A DNA stretch of 64,000 bases from Candidatus Deferrimicrobiaceae bacterium (GTDB lineage Bacteria > Desulfobacterota > Deferrimicrobia > Deferrimicrobiales > Deferrimicrobiaceae): NCBI GenBank assembly GCA_963792415.1, contig CAWBVY010000001.1, positions 256,001 to 320,000 on the forward strand. Reading direction: 5' to 3'. Shown here one piece after another: positions 18,746-29,016 of the stretch. The position numbers were made by a program, and so were the translations under genes. The notes under the pieces are model-generated. The model was not told where the DNA came from. It saw only the letters and a list, made by a program, of their open reading frames with translations, and made no database searches. Position 1 is the stretch's first letter. Each line of letters begins with the position of its first letter.

Positions 18746-21151
18746 ATGGCGGTCTGCGCGCACTGCCTACTTGAGGTGTCGGAGGAGTCCGCGACCCGGG
18801 AGACGATCGACGGGAAAGATACGATCTTCTGCTGCCCCGGGTGCCGTGCGATCCACGGCCTCCTGCGCTCCGAGGGGTTGACCGGCTTCTACGCCCGACG
18901 CCACGGGTGGACCCCCGGCCCCCCGGAGAGCGCCCGGGTTCCGCTCGACGCGTTCGACGGGGTCGTCCGCACCTCGGGCCGACAGGCCGAGGCCGACCTC
19001 GTCCTCTCCGGGATCCGGTGCGCCTCCTGCGTCTGGCTCATCGAGCGGTATCTCGGGGGGCGCCCCGGCGTTCTCTCCACGCGCGTCAATTTCGCCACCG
19101 GCAGGGCCCGAATCTCCTGGAACCCGTCGGAAACCGGGATCGGAGACGTCATCCTCGCGATCCGCGCCCTCGGGTACACGCCGTATCCCCCCGACGCGCT
19201 CCCCGTCGGAGACGCCCTTCGGCGGGAAACGTCGGATCTGCTGCTGCGCTTCGGAACCGCGGCGTTCCTCTCGATGCAGGTGATGCTCTTCACCGCCGGG
19301 CTCTACGCCGGCTACTTCCAGGGGATCGACGCGCGGTACGAGCAGCTTTTCCGTTGGCTCTGTTTCCTCCTCTCCACTCCGGTCGTCTTCTACTCCGGCG
19401 CGCCCTTCTTCCTCGGCGCCCTCCGCGGAGCGCGCCACGGGGCGTTCGGGATGGACGCCCTCGTCTTCCTCGGCGCCTTCTCCGCGTACGGCTACAGCAC
19501 CGCCTCGCTGTTCCTCGGGGGGGAGGTGTATTTCGACACGGCCACGATGATCCTGACCCTGATCCTCCTTGGCCGGTACATCGAGGCGGGGGCGCGGTCC
19601 CGCGCCGCCGACGGGATCTCCAGGCTCGTGCGGCTCGCGCCCCTGATGGCCCGGAAGACGGTACCGGGCGGCGGGACCATCGACGTCCCGGTCGCCTCCC
19701 TTTCTCCGGGGGACCTCGTGGAGATCGTCCCCGGGGAGCGGATGCCGGCCGACGGGGACGTGATCGAAGGGAATTCGGAGGCGGACGAGTCGATGCTGAC
19801 CGGGGAGTCGACCGCCGTGTCCAAAATCGCGGGCGATCCGGTCGTCGCCGGGTCGCTGAACGGTACGGGACGGCTCCTCGTCCGCGTCGTCCGGACCGGC
19901 GGGGAGACCGTCCTGTCCCGCGTCGTGCAGGCGGTGGAGGAGGCGCAGGCGCGAAAGGCGCCGATCCAGCGTGTGGCCGATCGCGTGGTCCACTTCTTCG
20001 TGCCGGCGATCCTCCTCGTCGCCGCGGGGACGGTTTTCCTGGGACTTCACGGCGGTTCGCTCCCCCGCGCCGCGCTGATGGCGGGAATCTCGGTGCTGGT
20101 GATCGCCTGCCCGTGCGCCCTCGGGCTGGCCACGCCGCTCGCCGTCCTCGTGGGAACCACCTCCGCGCAGGCGCGCGGGATCCTGGTCCGCGGGGGGGAC
20201 GTTCTCGAGCAGGCGGCCGGGGTGCGATGCGTCCTGTTCGACAAGACGGGGACGCTCACTCTCGGCCGCCCCCGGCTCACCGACGTCGAGGGGATCGGGA
20301 TCGGACGCGAGGACGCCCTCCGGATCGCCGCGTCCCTCGAGGCGTCTTCGGAGCATGCGATCGGACGCGCGATCACGGATGCGCTTCCGGCCGACCGGCG
20401 CCTTCCGGTCCAGGGGTTCCGGGCGCACCCGGGGGAAGGGATCGAAGGGGAGATCGACGGGGTGCGCTACCTGCTGGGCCGCCCGGAACTGCTCGAGCGC
20501 TTCGGGGTCCCCGTGGACGGGGAGGCGTCCCGGGCGTACGCGGCGCATTCGGCCTTGCTTCGGACCGCGGTCCTCCTCTCCGACGGCTCGAGGCCCCTCG
20601 CGGTCCTCGCCACGGAGGACGCCCTCCGGCCGGAGGCGGCCGCGGCCGTTTCCCTCCTGCGGACCTCCGGGACCGCCGTCGCGATGGTCACGGGGGACGA
20701 CCCGGGCGTCGCGGCGCGCGTGGCCGGGGAGGTCGGAATCGGAGAGATCCGCGCCCGCATCACGCCGGAAGGGAAGCGCGAGGAGGTGCGCCGGGCGCGG
20801 GAACGGTTCGGCCCCGTCCTCGTCGTCGGCGACGGCGTCAACGACGCCCCCGCCCTCGCGGAGGCGGACGTCGGGGTCGCGATGGGACGCGGAACGGGAC
20901 TTGCGATCCACAGCGCCGGCGCGACGCTGATGACGGAGGACCTGCTGCGGATCCCCGCCTTCCTCGCGCTCTCCCGCGCCACGATGCGGGTGATCCGGCA
21001 GAACCTGTTCTGGGCTTTCTCCTACAACCTGGTGGCGGTACCGCTCGCGGTGGCGGGGAAGCTCCACCCGATCGCCGCCGCGGCCTTCATGGCCGTGAGC
21101 TCCCTCATCGTGGTGGGGAACTCGCTGCGATTGCGGAGAGGGGGCCGGTAG
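18746..21151 (+). CDS. ccoI: Cu-transporting P1B ATPase CcoI/FixI
   Basis: CAHC..FCCPGC N-terminus, CASC, TGES, CPCALG, DKTGT, GDGVNDAP. Confidence 0.93.
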   Translation: MAVCAHCLLEVSEESATRETIDGKDTIFCCPGCRAIHGLLRSEGLTGFYARRHGWTPGPPESARVPLDAFDGVVRTSGRQAEADLVLSGIRCASCVWLIERYLGGRPGVLSTRVNFATGRARISWNPSETGIGDVILAIRALGYTPYPPDALPVGDALRRETSDLLLRFGTAAFLSMQVMLFTAGLYAGYFQGIDARYEQLFRWLCFLLSTPVVFYSGAPFFLGALRGARHGAFGMDALVFLGAFSAYGYSTASLFLGGEVYFDTATMILTLILLGRYIEAGARSRAADGISRLVRLAPLMARKTVPGGGTIDVPVASLSPGDLVEIVPGERMPADGDVIEGNSEADESMLTGESTAVSKIAGDPVVAGSLNGTGRLLVRVVRTGGETVLSRVVQAVEEAQARKAPIQRVADRVVHFFVPAILLVAAGTVFLGLHGGSLPRAALMAGISVLVIACPCALGLATPLAVLVGTTSAQARGILVRGGDVLEQAAGVRCVLFDKTGTLTLGRPRLTDVEGIGIGREDALRIAASLEASSEHAIGRAITDALPADRRLPVQGFRAHPGEGIEGEIDGVRYLLGRPELLERFGVPVDGEASRAYAAHSALLRTAVLLSDGSRPLAVLATEDALRPEAAAAVSLLRTSGTAVAMVTGDDPGVAARVAGEVGIGEIRARITPEGKREEVRRARERFGPVLVVGDGVNDAPALAEADVGVAMGRGTGLAIHSAGATLMTEDLLRIPAFLALSRATMRVIRQNLFWAFSYNLVAVPLAVAGKLHPIAAAAFMAVSSLIVVGNSLRLRRGGR

Positions 21152-21153
21152 CC

Positions 21154-21309
21154 GTGTGGACGACGCTTCTGCTGATCGCCGTGTCGCTGGCGCTGGGATT
21201 CGCCGCCTGGCTGCTCTTCCTATGGGCGGTGAAAAGCGATCAGTACGACGACGTGGAGCGCCCCAAGCACCGCATGCTCGACGACGATCCGGAGGATCGT
21301 GACCGATGA
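21154..21309 (+). CDS. ccoS: cbb3 oxidase maturation protein CcoS
   Basis: VWTTLLLIAVSL...FLWAVKSDQYDDVERPKHRML. Confidence 0.85.
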   Translation: MWTTLLLIAVSLALGFAAWLLFLWAVKSDQYDDVERPKHRMLDDDPEDRDR

Positions 21310-21396
21310 CGAAAGGGTTCTTCGAGCCGGTTCCGGAAACTTTCCGGCGGTGGAAGGAACCTAATGGGATATTTCGCACAGGAAAGGAGCGAACGG

Positions 21397-22407
21397 ATGA
21401 TTGCCGCGGTGTGTGACGCCTTCGGGAAGCCGCTCACGATCAGGGAAGTTCCGACCCCCTCCCCCGGGCCCGGGGAGCTTCTGGTCAAGGTCCACGCGTG
21501 CGGGGTCTGCCACAGCGACCTTCACCTGGTCGACGGGGACTGGGCGGCGTGGGGAACCCCCCTTCCGATCATCCCCGGACACGAAGTGACCGGAATCGTC
21601 GAAAAGGTCGGCGACGGCGTGACCGCGTTCGCCCCGGGCGACCGCGCGGGAGTGCCGTGGATGCAGTACGCCTGCGGGCGGTGCGCTCCGTGCAAGGCCG
21701 GGGCGGAGATGCTGTGCGCGGCCCAGCGGAGCACCGGGGTGACGGTGAACGGCGGCTATGCCGAGTACGTTTCCGCGCCGGAGGCGTTCGTCCACAGGAT
21801 CCCCGAAGGGCTGGACCTGGTGGAGGCGGCCCCCCTGCTCTGCGCGGGCGTGACTGTGTTCGCCCCGCTGCGGCGGGCGGGGAACCTTGCCGGAAAGACC
21901 GTCGCGGTGGCCGGGATCGGGGGGCTGGGGCACCTCGGCGTCAGGATCGCGGCGGCGATGGGCGCCCACGTGGTCGCCATCGTACGCGGACCGGGGAAGG
22001 CGGAGCTCGCCCGCTCGCTCGGAGCCCACGACGTCATCGACTCCGAGAAGGAGAAGATCGGCCGGGCGTTGACGAAGATGGGCGGCGCCGACGTCATCCT
22101 GCTCACCGCGATCTCCGCACGGCTCTTCGAGCAGTGCATCCCGGGGCTGGGGCCGAACGGGACGCTGGTGATCCTCGCGGCGATCGCCGAGAACGCCTCG
22201 GTCCTCCCGGCGGGGATCATCGCGGGACAGAAGCGGATCGTCGGGTCGCTGATCGGCACCCGGGACGACATGGACGCGATGCTCCGGTTCGCCGCGGACC
22301 ACGGCATCCGGTCGACGGTGGAGCGGCACCCCCTCTCCGCGGTCAACGAGGTGCTCGGGAAGCTGCGGGACGGCAAGGTCCGCCTGCGGGCGGTGCTCAA
22401 CCCGTAG
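21397..22407 (+). CDS. Zn-dependent alcohol dehydrogenase (AdhP-like)
   Basis: CGVCHSDLH, PGHE, CGRCAPC..C, GIGGLG. Confidence 0.92.
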   Translation: MIAAVCDAFGKPLTIREVPTPSPGPGELLVKVHACGVCHSDLHLVDGDWAAWGTPLPIIPGHEVTGIVEKVGDGVTAFAPGDRAGVPWMQYACGRCAPCKAGAEMLCAAQRSTGVTVNGGYAEYVSAPEAFVHRIPEGLDLVEAAPLLCAGVTVFAPLRRAGNLAGKTVAVAGIGGLGHLGVRIAAAMGAHVVAIVRGPGKAELARSLGAHDVIDSEKEKIGRALTKMGGADVILLTAISARLFEQCIPGLGPNGTLVILAAIAENASVLPAGIIAGQKRIVGSLIGTRDDMDAMLRFAADHGIRSTVERHPLSAVNEVLGKLRDGKVRLRAVLNP

Positions 22408-22453
22408 CCCGCCGCTCCGGAGAAGCGCGGCTGCTGCGGGCAGGGGCGGCGGG

Positions 22454-23686
22454 TTACCGCGAGGCGAGGACCGCCAGCGCCTCGACGTGGTGGGTGTTGG
22501 GAAAGAAGTCGTGCATCTCGAGCGAAACGAGATCGTACCGGTCCGACAGGGAGCGGACGTCCCTCGCCAGGGTCGCCGGGTCGCACGAGACGTAGAGGAC
22601 GATTCCGGCGGCGACCTCCCGGACCCGCGCCAGCGCGCGTCCCGAAAGGCCCGCCCGCGGGGGATCGAGAACCAGCGCGTCGAACCGCCCTTCCGGCCGG
22701 AACGTTTCGACGCTCGAGCGGACGATCCGCACGTTCCCGAGGGCATTCTCCCGGACGTTCCCGCGCAGCTCCCGGAACGACCGCGCCTCCCCTTCGACCG
22801 CGACGACCTCCCGGACCGTGGCCGCCAGGGGAAGCGCGAAGTTCCCGGCGCCCGCGTAGAGATCGAGCAGACGCGCTCCCGCGGACACCCCGCGGTCCCC
22901 GAGGATCGCCCCGATCCGGCGCACCATCGCCTGGTTCATCCGCCAGTTCGCCTGGAAGAAGCCGCGGGGCGAGACGGAGTACGAAATCCCGTCCAGCGGG
23001 AGCGTGATCCGTTCCTCCCCCCAGGAACGATCCTCGAACCGCGCGCCGGAGAGGACGCCCCCGGTCCGCCCGGCGAGGTGCTCGAGCATCCCTTTTCCGA
23101 ACGGGACCCCGGGGAAGGCGGCGGACGCCCGGACGCCGTCGGTGGCCACCTGGACCTCGGAGACCTTCGCGAAGCGGCCGAGCCCGCGCAGCCCGGGGAG
23201 GACGGCGTTGATCGCGTCGAGCATCAACGGGCAGCGGGATATCGCCACGAGGCGGTGGGACCTCTCCCCGTGGAACCCGACCGCCTCCCCGTCCACCCGG
23301 AACCTCCCGCGGTACCGGTACCCGAACGGCTCCGACGGGGGTGCGATCTCCGGCGCGACGTCCATCTTCCCGATCCGGCGGAACGCCTCCCGCAGGATCT
23401 CCCGCTTCATCTCGAGCTGATACGGGTAGTCCGAGTGCTGCAGCTGGCATCCCCCGCACAGCCCGTACACCTCGCACGGGGGGGCCACGCGGCGCGGCGA
23501 GGGGGAAAGGACCTCCACCGCCTCGGCGAAGGCGTACTCCCGCTTCCTCCCCACGAGGCGCACCGAGACGATCTCTCCCGGGAGGGCCCACCGGACGAAC
23601 AGGACCCCCATCCCTTCCGGGCGCGCGAGGGCGTATCCCCCGTGCACCGGCGCGCCCGTCGTCACCGTCATCCGGCCTACCGTCAC
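22454..23686 (-). CDS. rlmD: 23S rRNA m5U methyltransferase (RlmD/RumA family, TRAM domain)
   Basis: CGGCQLQH, FFQAN, LDLYAGAGNF, LDPPRAGL, YVSCDPATLARD, FFPNTHHVE. Confidence 0.9.
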   Translation of the reverse strand: MTVGRMTVTTGAPVHGGYALARPEGMGVLFVRWALPGEIVSVRLVGRKREYAFAEAVEVLSPSPRRVAPPCEVYGLCGGCQLQHSDYPYQLEMKREILREAFRRIGKMDVAPEIAPPSEPFGYRYRGRFRVDGEAVGFHGERSHRLVAISRCPLMLDAINAVLPGLRGLGRFAKVSEVQVATDGVRASAAFPGVPFGKGMLEHLAGRTGGVLSGARFEDRSWGEERITLPLDGISYSVSPRGFFQANWRMNQAMVRRIGAILGDRGVSAGARLLDLYAGAGNFALPLAATVREVVAVEGEARSFRELRGNVRENALGNVRIVRSSVETFRPEGRFDALVLDPPRAGLSGRALARVREVAAGIVLYVSCDPATLARDVRSLSDRYDLVSLEMHDFFPNTHHVEALAVLASR

Positions 23687-23855
23687 ACGGTGCCCCCCGT
23701 TATTCCTGCAGTTCCTCCAACGACCGTCATCTTACCGTTTTCGCGGGAAGGAAGCTCCGGACAGCGGGGAGGAAGTGGAGCGCGTCGAGAATACATCGTG
23801 TATACACCGTGCTAAAATCCATAGAATTGTCGGACATTTCGTCAGGAGGATGCGC

Positions 23856-26849
23856 ATGGAAGCCGCCGCCGAACGCAGGATGGACCGGGACGTCCTTCGG
23901 AACCTCCGGGCCACCACCGGAGCCGCCAGGGAAAATCTCGCCTGGCTCCACGCCAACATGGCGCCGATCTTCTTTCACACGATGCGGGAGGAGCCGGAGG
24001 CGGTCGCATCCCTCTGCCTCCACCTGCGCGACCTCTCCCGGAACCGTCACCTGGTCCTCGCCGACCGCGAGAAGGAGCTGATGCTCGCGAGTCTCTCCGT
24101 GCCCGGCTCCCTGTACGAGACGCTGCGGCACCTCAACCGCGAGATCTCCTACGCGCAGATCACCCATTCGTATTCGAACGTCCCGGGGGCGGACAAGGAG
24201 CTCGAGTTCCAGCGGTACCAGTTCGACCGGAAAGCGGAGTCCGAGATCTCCGTCTCGGAAGACCCCGGCATTCCGGACCGGATCCGGCGAGGCATCTTCG
24301 CCTCCCTGCGGAGCTTCTCCCCCCCTGTCCCTTCATCGGCCCGGGAGGATCTGCTGCGCATGCTGTGGTGCAACAACCCGGGGTACGTCCGCGTTTCCCC
24401 GCCGGAGCGCGTTGCCCGGATCCTGTGGCTCCTCCACCAGGCGAAAAGCCGCATGGGGATCCACATCGGGGTGGAGGAAGCCCACACGGGGGGAGGCGAG
24501 GGATCGCGGGAGAGCCGCGTGTACTTCGCCGTCGGGAACCCGCCGCAGAAGGACCACCTGCTCCAGGTGATGGAAGTGTTCAACCGGCTCAACCTCGGCG
24601 TCCGGCGCGCGTACACCCTCACGATCTCCACCGGCTCCTTCCCCTACTTCCTCGGGACGTTCTACGTGATCCGCCGCGAGGGGGGACTCCTCGAGAAGGA
24701 TTCCCCCCTCTTCCGCCGGCTGTGCCGCGAACTCTACAACACGCAGATCCTGACCACCAGCTGGGGGGTGTACCAGGAGTTCGTCCTCACGCGCCTGATG
24801 ACGGGGGAGGAGGCGTCCCTCGTGAACGCCTTCATCGGCTTCTGCCACACGAGCCTCGCCCACAACCAGCCCCACCAGTTCACCTTCGAGGACGTTTCCC
24901 GGGCGTTCCACTCCCACCCCGACATCGCCCTCCAGCTCACGCGCCTCTTCGAGCTGCGGTTCGACCCGGAGATCGCCGACCGGGAACCGGCGTATGAAGC
25001 GGCGCTCGCGGCCGCGACGAAGGAGATCGAGGAGTACAACACGGGCCATCGGCAACTGGACGAGTTCCGCCGGACGATCTTCCGGTCCACCCTCTCCTTC
25101 ATCCGCCGGACGCTCAAGACGAACTTCTTCGTCCCGGAGAAGCACGCGCTCGCCTTCCGCCTCGACCCGGCCTACCTCGACGATCTCGGCCCCGAATTCA
25201 CCTCGGACCTTCCCGCGGGCCGGCCCTTCCGGGTCACCTACTTCTTCGGGCGCAACGGCCTCGGGTACCACATCGGCTTCTCCGACATCGCCCGCGGGGG
25301 GTGGCGGACCCTGGTCACCCGGACCCGCGACGACTACGTCACGGTGGCGAACACCCTGTTCCGCGAGAACTACGTCCTCGCCCACACGCAGCACCTGAAG
25401 AACAAGGACATCTACGAGGGCGGCTCGAAGATGGTGGTCGTGATCAACGCGCCGGACCTTCAGACGAAGGACCGGGTGACCCTGCGGCTCCACAAGGTCC
25501 AGTACGCCTTCATCAACGCCTTCCTCGACATCTTCGTGACGGAAGACGGGAAGGCGAAGGATCCCCGGGTGGTCGACTATTACGGCGAGGACGAGCCGAT
25601 CGAGCTGGGACCCGACGAGAACATGCACGACGAGATGATCGAGATGATCGCGGAGCTTTCCCTCCGGAGGGGGTACCTGCTCGGGATCGGCATCATGTCC
25701 AGCAAGCGGGTGGGGATCAACCACAAGGAGTACGGCGTCACCTCGACCGGGGTGGTGAAATTCGCCGAGATCGCCATGCGCGAGATGGGCGTCGACATCC
25801 GGACCGACCCGTTTTCGGTGAAGTTCACCGGGGGGCCGAACGGGGACGTGGCCGGGAACGCGATGCGGATCCTCCTCGGCCGGTGTCCGAAGGCGGAGAT
25901 CCGGCTGATCCTCGACGGCACCGGCGCCCTCTGCGATCCGGCGGGGATCGACCGCGGCGAGCTCTCCCGCATCGTCCTGAACGGCGACGTCGAGGCGTTC
26001 CGACCCGAGAAACTCCACCCGGGGGGATTCCTCCTCTACCGGAACGAGCGGCGCACGGAAGGGCTGCGGGAACTGTACAAGCGGGTGGACCGGACCGAGG
26101 CGGGCGTCGTTCCGTCGTGGGTCACGGTGGACGAGTTCAACAAGGAGTTCGGGCGGCTCCTCTTCACCGTCCCCGCCGACCTCTTCCTCCCGTCGGGGGG
26201 ACGGCCGGAAACCGTCGACGCCACGAACTGGAAGCGCTTCTTCGGGGAGGACGGGACGCCCACGGCGCGCGTGATCGTCGAGGGGGCGAACTCCTTCCTC
26301 ACCCCGGAGGCCCGGACGGAGCTCCAGAAGCGGGGCATCGTGGTCCTTCGGGACGCCTCCGCGAACAAGTGCGGCGTCATCTCCTCCTCCTACGAGATCA
26401 TCGGCAACCTGCTGATGAAGGAGAGGGAGTTCCTCGCGCACAAGGAGGAGTACGTCCGGGACGTGCTGGCGATCCTCGAAAAGCGGGCGGAGGACGAGGC
26501 GCTCCTCATCTTCCGGCGCAAGAGGGAGGCGGGGGCGTCGCTGTCGTATACCGAGATCTCCGACGCGATCAGCGTGGAGATCAACGGCCACTACGCCCGG
26601 CTGTTCGATTTCTTCCGGTCGCGGCCCGCGCTGGCGCAGTCGCCTCCGTACCGCCGCGCGCTCCTGTCGCACCTGCCGCGGTTCCTCCGCGCGAACGTCA
26701 GGTTCCGGCGGAGGATCGCGAACCTGCCCGTCAAGTACGGGTGGGCGATCCTGGCGAGCGAGATCGCGTCGACGATCGTCTACCGGGGCGGGTTCGAGCG
26801 GGACCTCGAGGGGGACCTGAACCGGTACGCGGAGAAGATGTTCCCCTGA
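23856..26849 (+). CDS. Large NAD-specific glutamate dehydrogenase
   Basis: DIARGGWR, KNKDIYEGGSK, GPDE, INHKEYGVTS, GGPNGDVAGN, VEGANSF, SANKCGVISSSYE. Confidence 0.9.
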   Translation: MEAAAERRMDRDVLRNLRATTGAARENLAWLHANMAPIFFHTMREEPEAVASLCLHLRDLSRNRHLVLADREKELMLASLSVPGSLYETLRHLNREISYAQITHSYSNVPGADKELEFQRYQFDRKAESEISVSEDPGIPDRIRRGIFASLRSFSPPVPSSAREDLLRMLWCNNPGYVRVSPPERVARILWLLHQAKSRMGIHIGVEEAHTGGGEGSRESRVYFAVGNPPQKDHLLQVMEVFNRLNLGVRRAYTLTISTGSFPYFLGTFYVIRREGGLLEKDSPLFRRLCRELYNTQILTTSWGVYQEFVLTRLMTGEEASLVNAFIGFCHTSLAHNQPHQFTFEDVSRAFHSHPDIALQLTRLFELRFDPEIADREPAYEAALAAATKEIEEYNTGHRQLDEFRRTIFRSTLSFIRRTLKTNFFVPEKHALAFRLDPAYLDDLGPEFTSDLPAGRPFRVTYFFGRNGLGYHIGFSDIARGGWRTLVTRTRDDYVTVANTLFRENYVLAHTQHLKNKDIYEGGSKMVVVINAPDLQTKDRVTLRLHKVQYAFINAFLDIFVTEDGKAKDPRVVDYYGEDEPIELGPDENMHDEMIEMIAELSLRRGYLLGIGIMSSKRVGINHKEYGVTSTGVVKFAEIAMREMGVDIRTDPFSVKFTGGPNGDVAGNAMRILLGRCPKAEIRLILDGTGALCDPAGIDRGELSRIVLNGDVEAFRPEKLHPGGFLLYRNERRTEGLRELYKRVDRTEAGVVPSWVTVDEFNKEFGRLLFTVPADLFLPSGGRPETVDATNWKRFFGEDGTPTARVIVEGANSFLTPEARTELQKRGIVVLRDASANKCGVISSSYEIIGNLLMKEREFLAHKEEYVRDVLAILEKRAEDEALLIFRRKREAGASLSYTEISDAISVEINGHYARLFDFFRSRPALAQSPPYRRALLSHLPRFLRANVRFRRRIANLPVKYGWAILASEIASTIVYRGGFERDLEGDLNRYAEKMFP

Positions 26850-28982
26850 TCAGGCTCCTGCCGCCGACGCGCGGAGCAGGTTTCTCCTGCGGATCCACTG
26901 GCTTCCGATCGCCACGGTTCCGAGCCCCAGCCCGACGGAGTCCGTGAGCCACCCGGGAACGATGAGACAGAGCGCGGCCGCGACGAAGACGGCGCGCTCG
27001 TAATGTTTCGCCTGGGTCACGAAGTACCCGATCGACCCCGCCCCCAGGAAGACGATCCCCACGACGGCGGTCAGCGTGATCTCGATCGCGCCGATCGTGG
27101 TCGTGTTGAGGAGAAGAAGCGAGTTGTCGTAGACGAAGATGAAGGGAACCAGGAAGCCGGCCAAGGCCAGTCGGAACGCGATGAGCCCGGTCTTCGTGGG
27201 ATCCGCCTTCGCGATCCCGGCGGCGGCGAAGGCCGCCAGCGCGACCGGGGGGGTGAGATCGGCGAGCAACCCGTAGTAGAAGACGAACATGTGCGACACC
27301 AGGGGAGGCACGGCGAACATCGCGAGCGCGGGCGCGGCCATCGTGGAGGTGATGATGTAGTTCGGGATCGTGGGGACGCCCATCCCCAGGACCAGCGAAG
27401 CCAGCATCGTGAAGCAGAGGGTAAGGAACAGCTTCCCGTGCGCCAGCGAGGTGATGGCGCCGGAGAGCTTGACGCCGAACCCGGTCATGGTCGCCACTCC
27501 CACGACGATCCCGATCACGGCGCAGGCGATCGCCACCCCGAGCGCGCTCCGGGCGCCGTTGTGGAGGCTCCGGATCAGTTCGACCAGGGTTTTCCGGGTT
27601 TCGGGCCGGAACAGACAGAGGGCGATCAGGAACCCGTGGAGGGCCAGGACCCCGGGCAGGTTGTACCGGTAGATCAGGATCCCGCCCGCCGCCACCGCCG
27701 CCGCGGTCAGCCCGCGGAACGCGGCGCCTTTGTGGACCTCCACCAGCTTCCGGACCATGATCAGGGCGACGGCGAGGACGATGCCGTAGAATCCCGCGAA
27801 CAGGGGGGTGTACCCCGCCAGGAGCAGGTAGATCAGCGCCGCCAGCGGGACCAGGAGGAACCACCCGTTCGCGATGACGCGGGAAAACTTCGGCAGGTCG
27901 GCCCGGGGCAGCCCTTTGAGCCCGGTCCTCCCGGCCTCGAAATGGACCATCACCGCCACTCCGAGAAAGTACAGGACGGCGGGGATCACGGCGGCCTTGC
28001 AGATCTCGATGTACGGAATCCCCAGGGTGTCCGACATGATGAAGGCCACGGCGCCCATGACCGGCGGCATGATCTGCCCCCCCATGGAGGCGGTCGCCTC
28101 GACGGCGCCGGCGAACTCCGCCCGGAATCCGGTCCGCTTCATGAGGGGGATGGTGAACGCGCCGGTGGTGACGACGTTGGCGATGGCCGACCCGTTCACC
28201 GTCCCCAGCAGGGCGCTCGAGAAGACGGCGACCTTCGCCGGCCCCCCTTTCGTGTGTCCCGCCAGGCACATCGCGAGATCGGAGAAGAAACCGATGATCC
28301 CCGCCTGCTCGAGGTAGGCCCCCAGCAGGATGAACAGGAAGATGTAGGTGGAGGAGACGCCGAGCGGGATTCCGAAGATCCCTTCCGTCGTCAGGTACAT
28401 GTACTCCGCGATCTCGTTGATCGCGTACCCCCGGTGCCCGAAGATTCCCGGCATGTGGGGGCCGAAGTACGCGTACAGCAGGAAGACGGCGGCGAGGATC
28501 CCCATCGGCAGGCCGACGACCCGCCGGCTGGCCTCCATGACGAGGAGGATGCAGGCGAAGGCCAGGGCCAGATCCGTCGTCGACGGGATTCCGGCGCGAA
28601 GGACGATCTGCTGGTAATCCCAGAAGATGTACAGACCGACCCCGGCACCCGCCACCGCCAGCGCGAGGTCAAAGAGCGGGACCCCTTCGGCCCGGGTCTT
28701 CCGCCCGGGCCGAAGGGGGAACAGCAGGAAGGCGAGCGACAGGATGAAGGCGAGGTGGATCGACCGCTGCACGTGGGCGTTGAGGAGCCCGAACCCCGCC
28801 GTGTAGACCTGGAAGAGGGACATCCCCACCGCGATGGCGAAGACGACCCACTTCCAGACCCCGCCCAGGTCCCGGAAGCGGAACTCCGGGTCGTACTTCG
28901 CGATCGTCCGCTCGATGTCGAGGTGATCGATTTCCGTGACCACCTCGAGGTCCCGGCGAACCTCTTCCCCGAACTCCGTCAT
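26850..28982 (-). CDS. TRAP transporter fused 4TM/12TM permease
   Basis: GGPAKVAV, GSAIANVVTTGAFTIPLMKR, GGQIMPPVMG, LTPPVALAAF. Confidence 0.93.
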   Translation of the reverse strand: MTEFGEEVRRDLEVVTEIDHLDIERTIAKYDPEFRFRDLGGVWKWVVFAIAVGMSLFQVYTAGFGLLNAHVQRSIHLAFILSLAFLLFPLRPGRKTRAEGVPLFDLALAVAGAGVGLYIFWDYQQIVLRAGIPSTTDLALAFACILLVMEASRRVVGLPMGILAAVFLLYAYFGPHMPGIFGHRGYAINEIAEYMYLTTEGIFGIPLGVSSTYIFLFILLGAYLEQAGIIGFFSDLAMCLAGHTKGGPAKVAVFSSALLGTVNGSAIANVVTTGAFTIPLMKRTGFRAEFAGAVEATASMGGQIMPPVMGAVAFIMSDTLGIPYIEICKAAVIPAVLYFLGVAVMVHFEAGRTGLKGLPRADLPKFSRVIANGWFLLVPLAALIYLLLAGYTPLFAGFYGIVLAVALIMVRKLVEVHKGAAFRGLTAAAVAAGGILIYRYNLPGVLALHGFLIALCLFRPETRKTLVELIRSLHNGARSALGVAIACAVIGIVVGVATMTGFGVKLSGAITSLAHGKLFLTLCFTMLASLVLGMGVPTIPNYIITSTMAAPALAMFAVPPLVSHMFVFYYGLLADLTPPVALAAFAAAGIAKADPTKTGLIAFRLALAGFLVPFIFVYDNSLLLLNTTTIGAIEITLTAVVGIVFLGAGSIGYFVTQAKHYERAVFVAAALCLIVPGWLTDSVGLGLGTVAIGSQWIRRRNLLRASAAGA

Positions 28983-29016
28983 TCGCCGCTCGACATCCCT
29001 CGCGGTCCGCGATCCG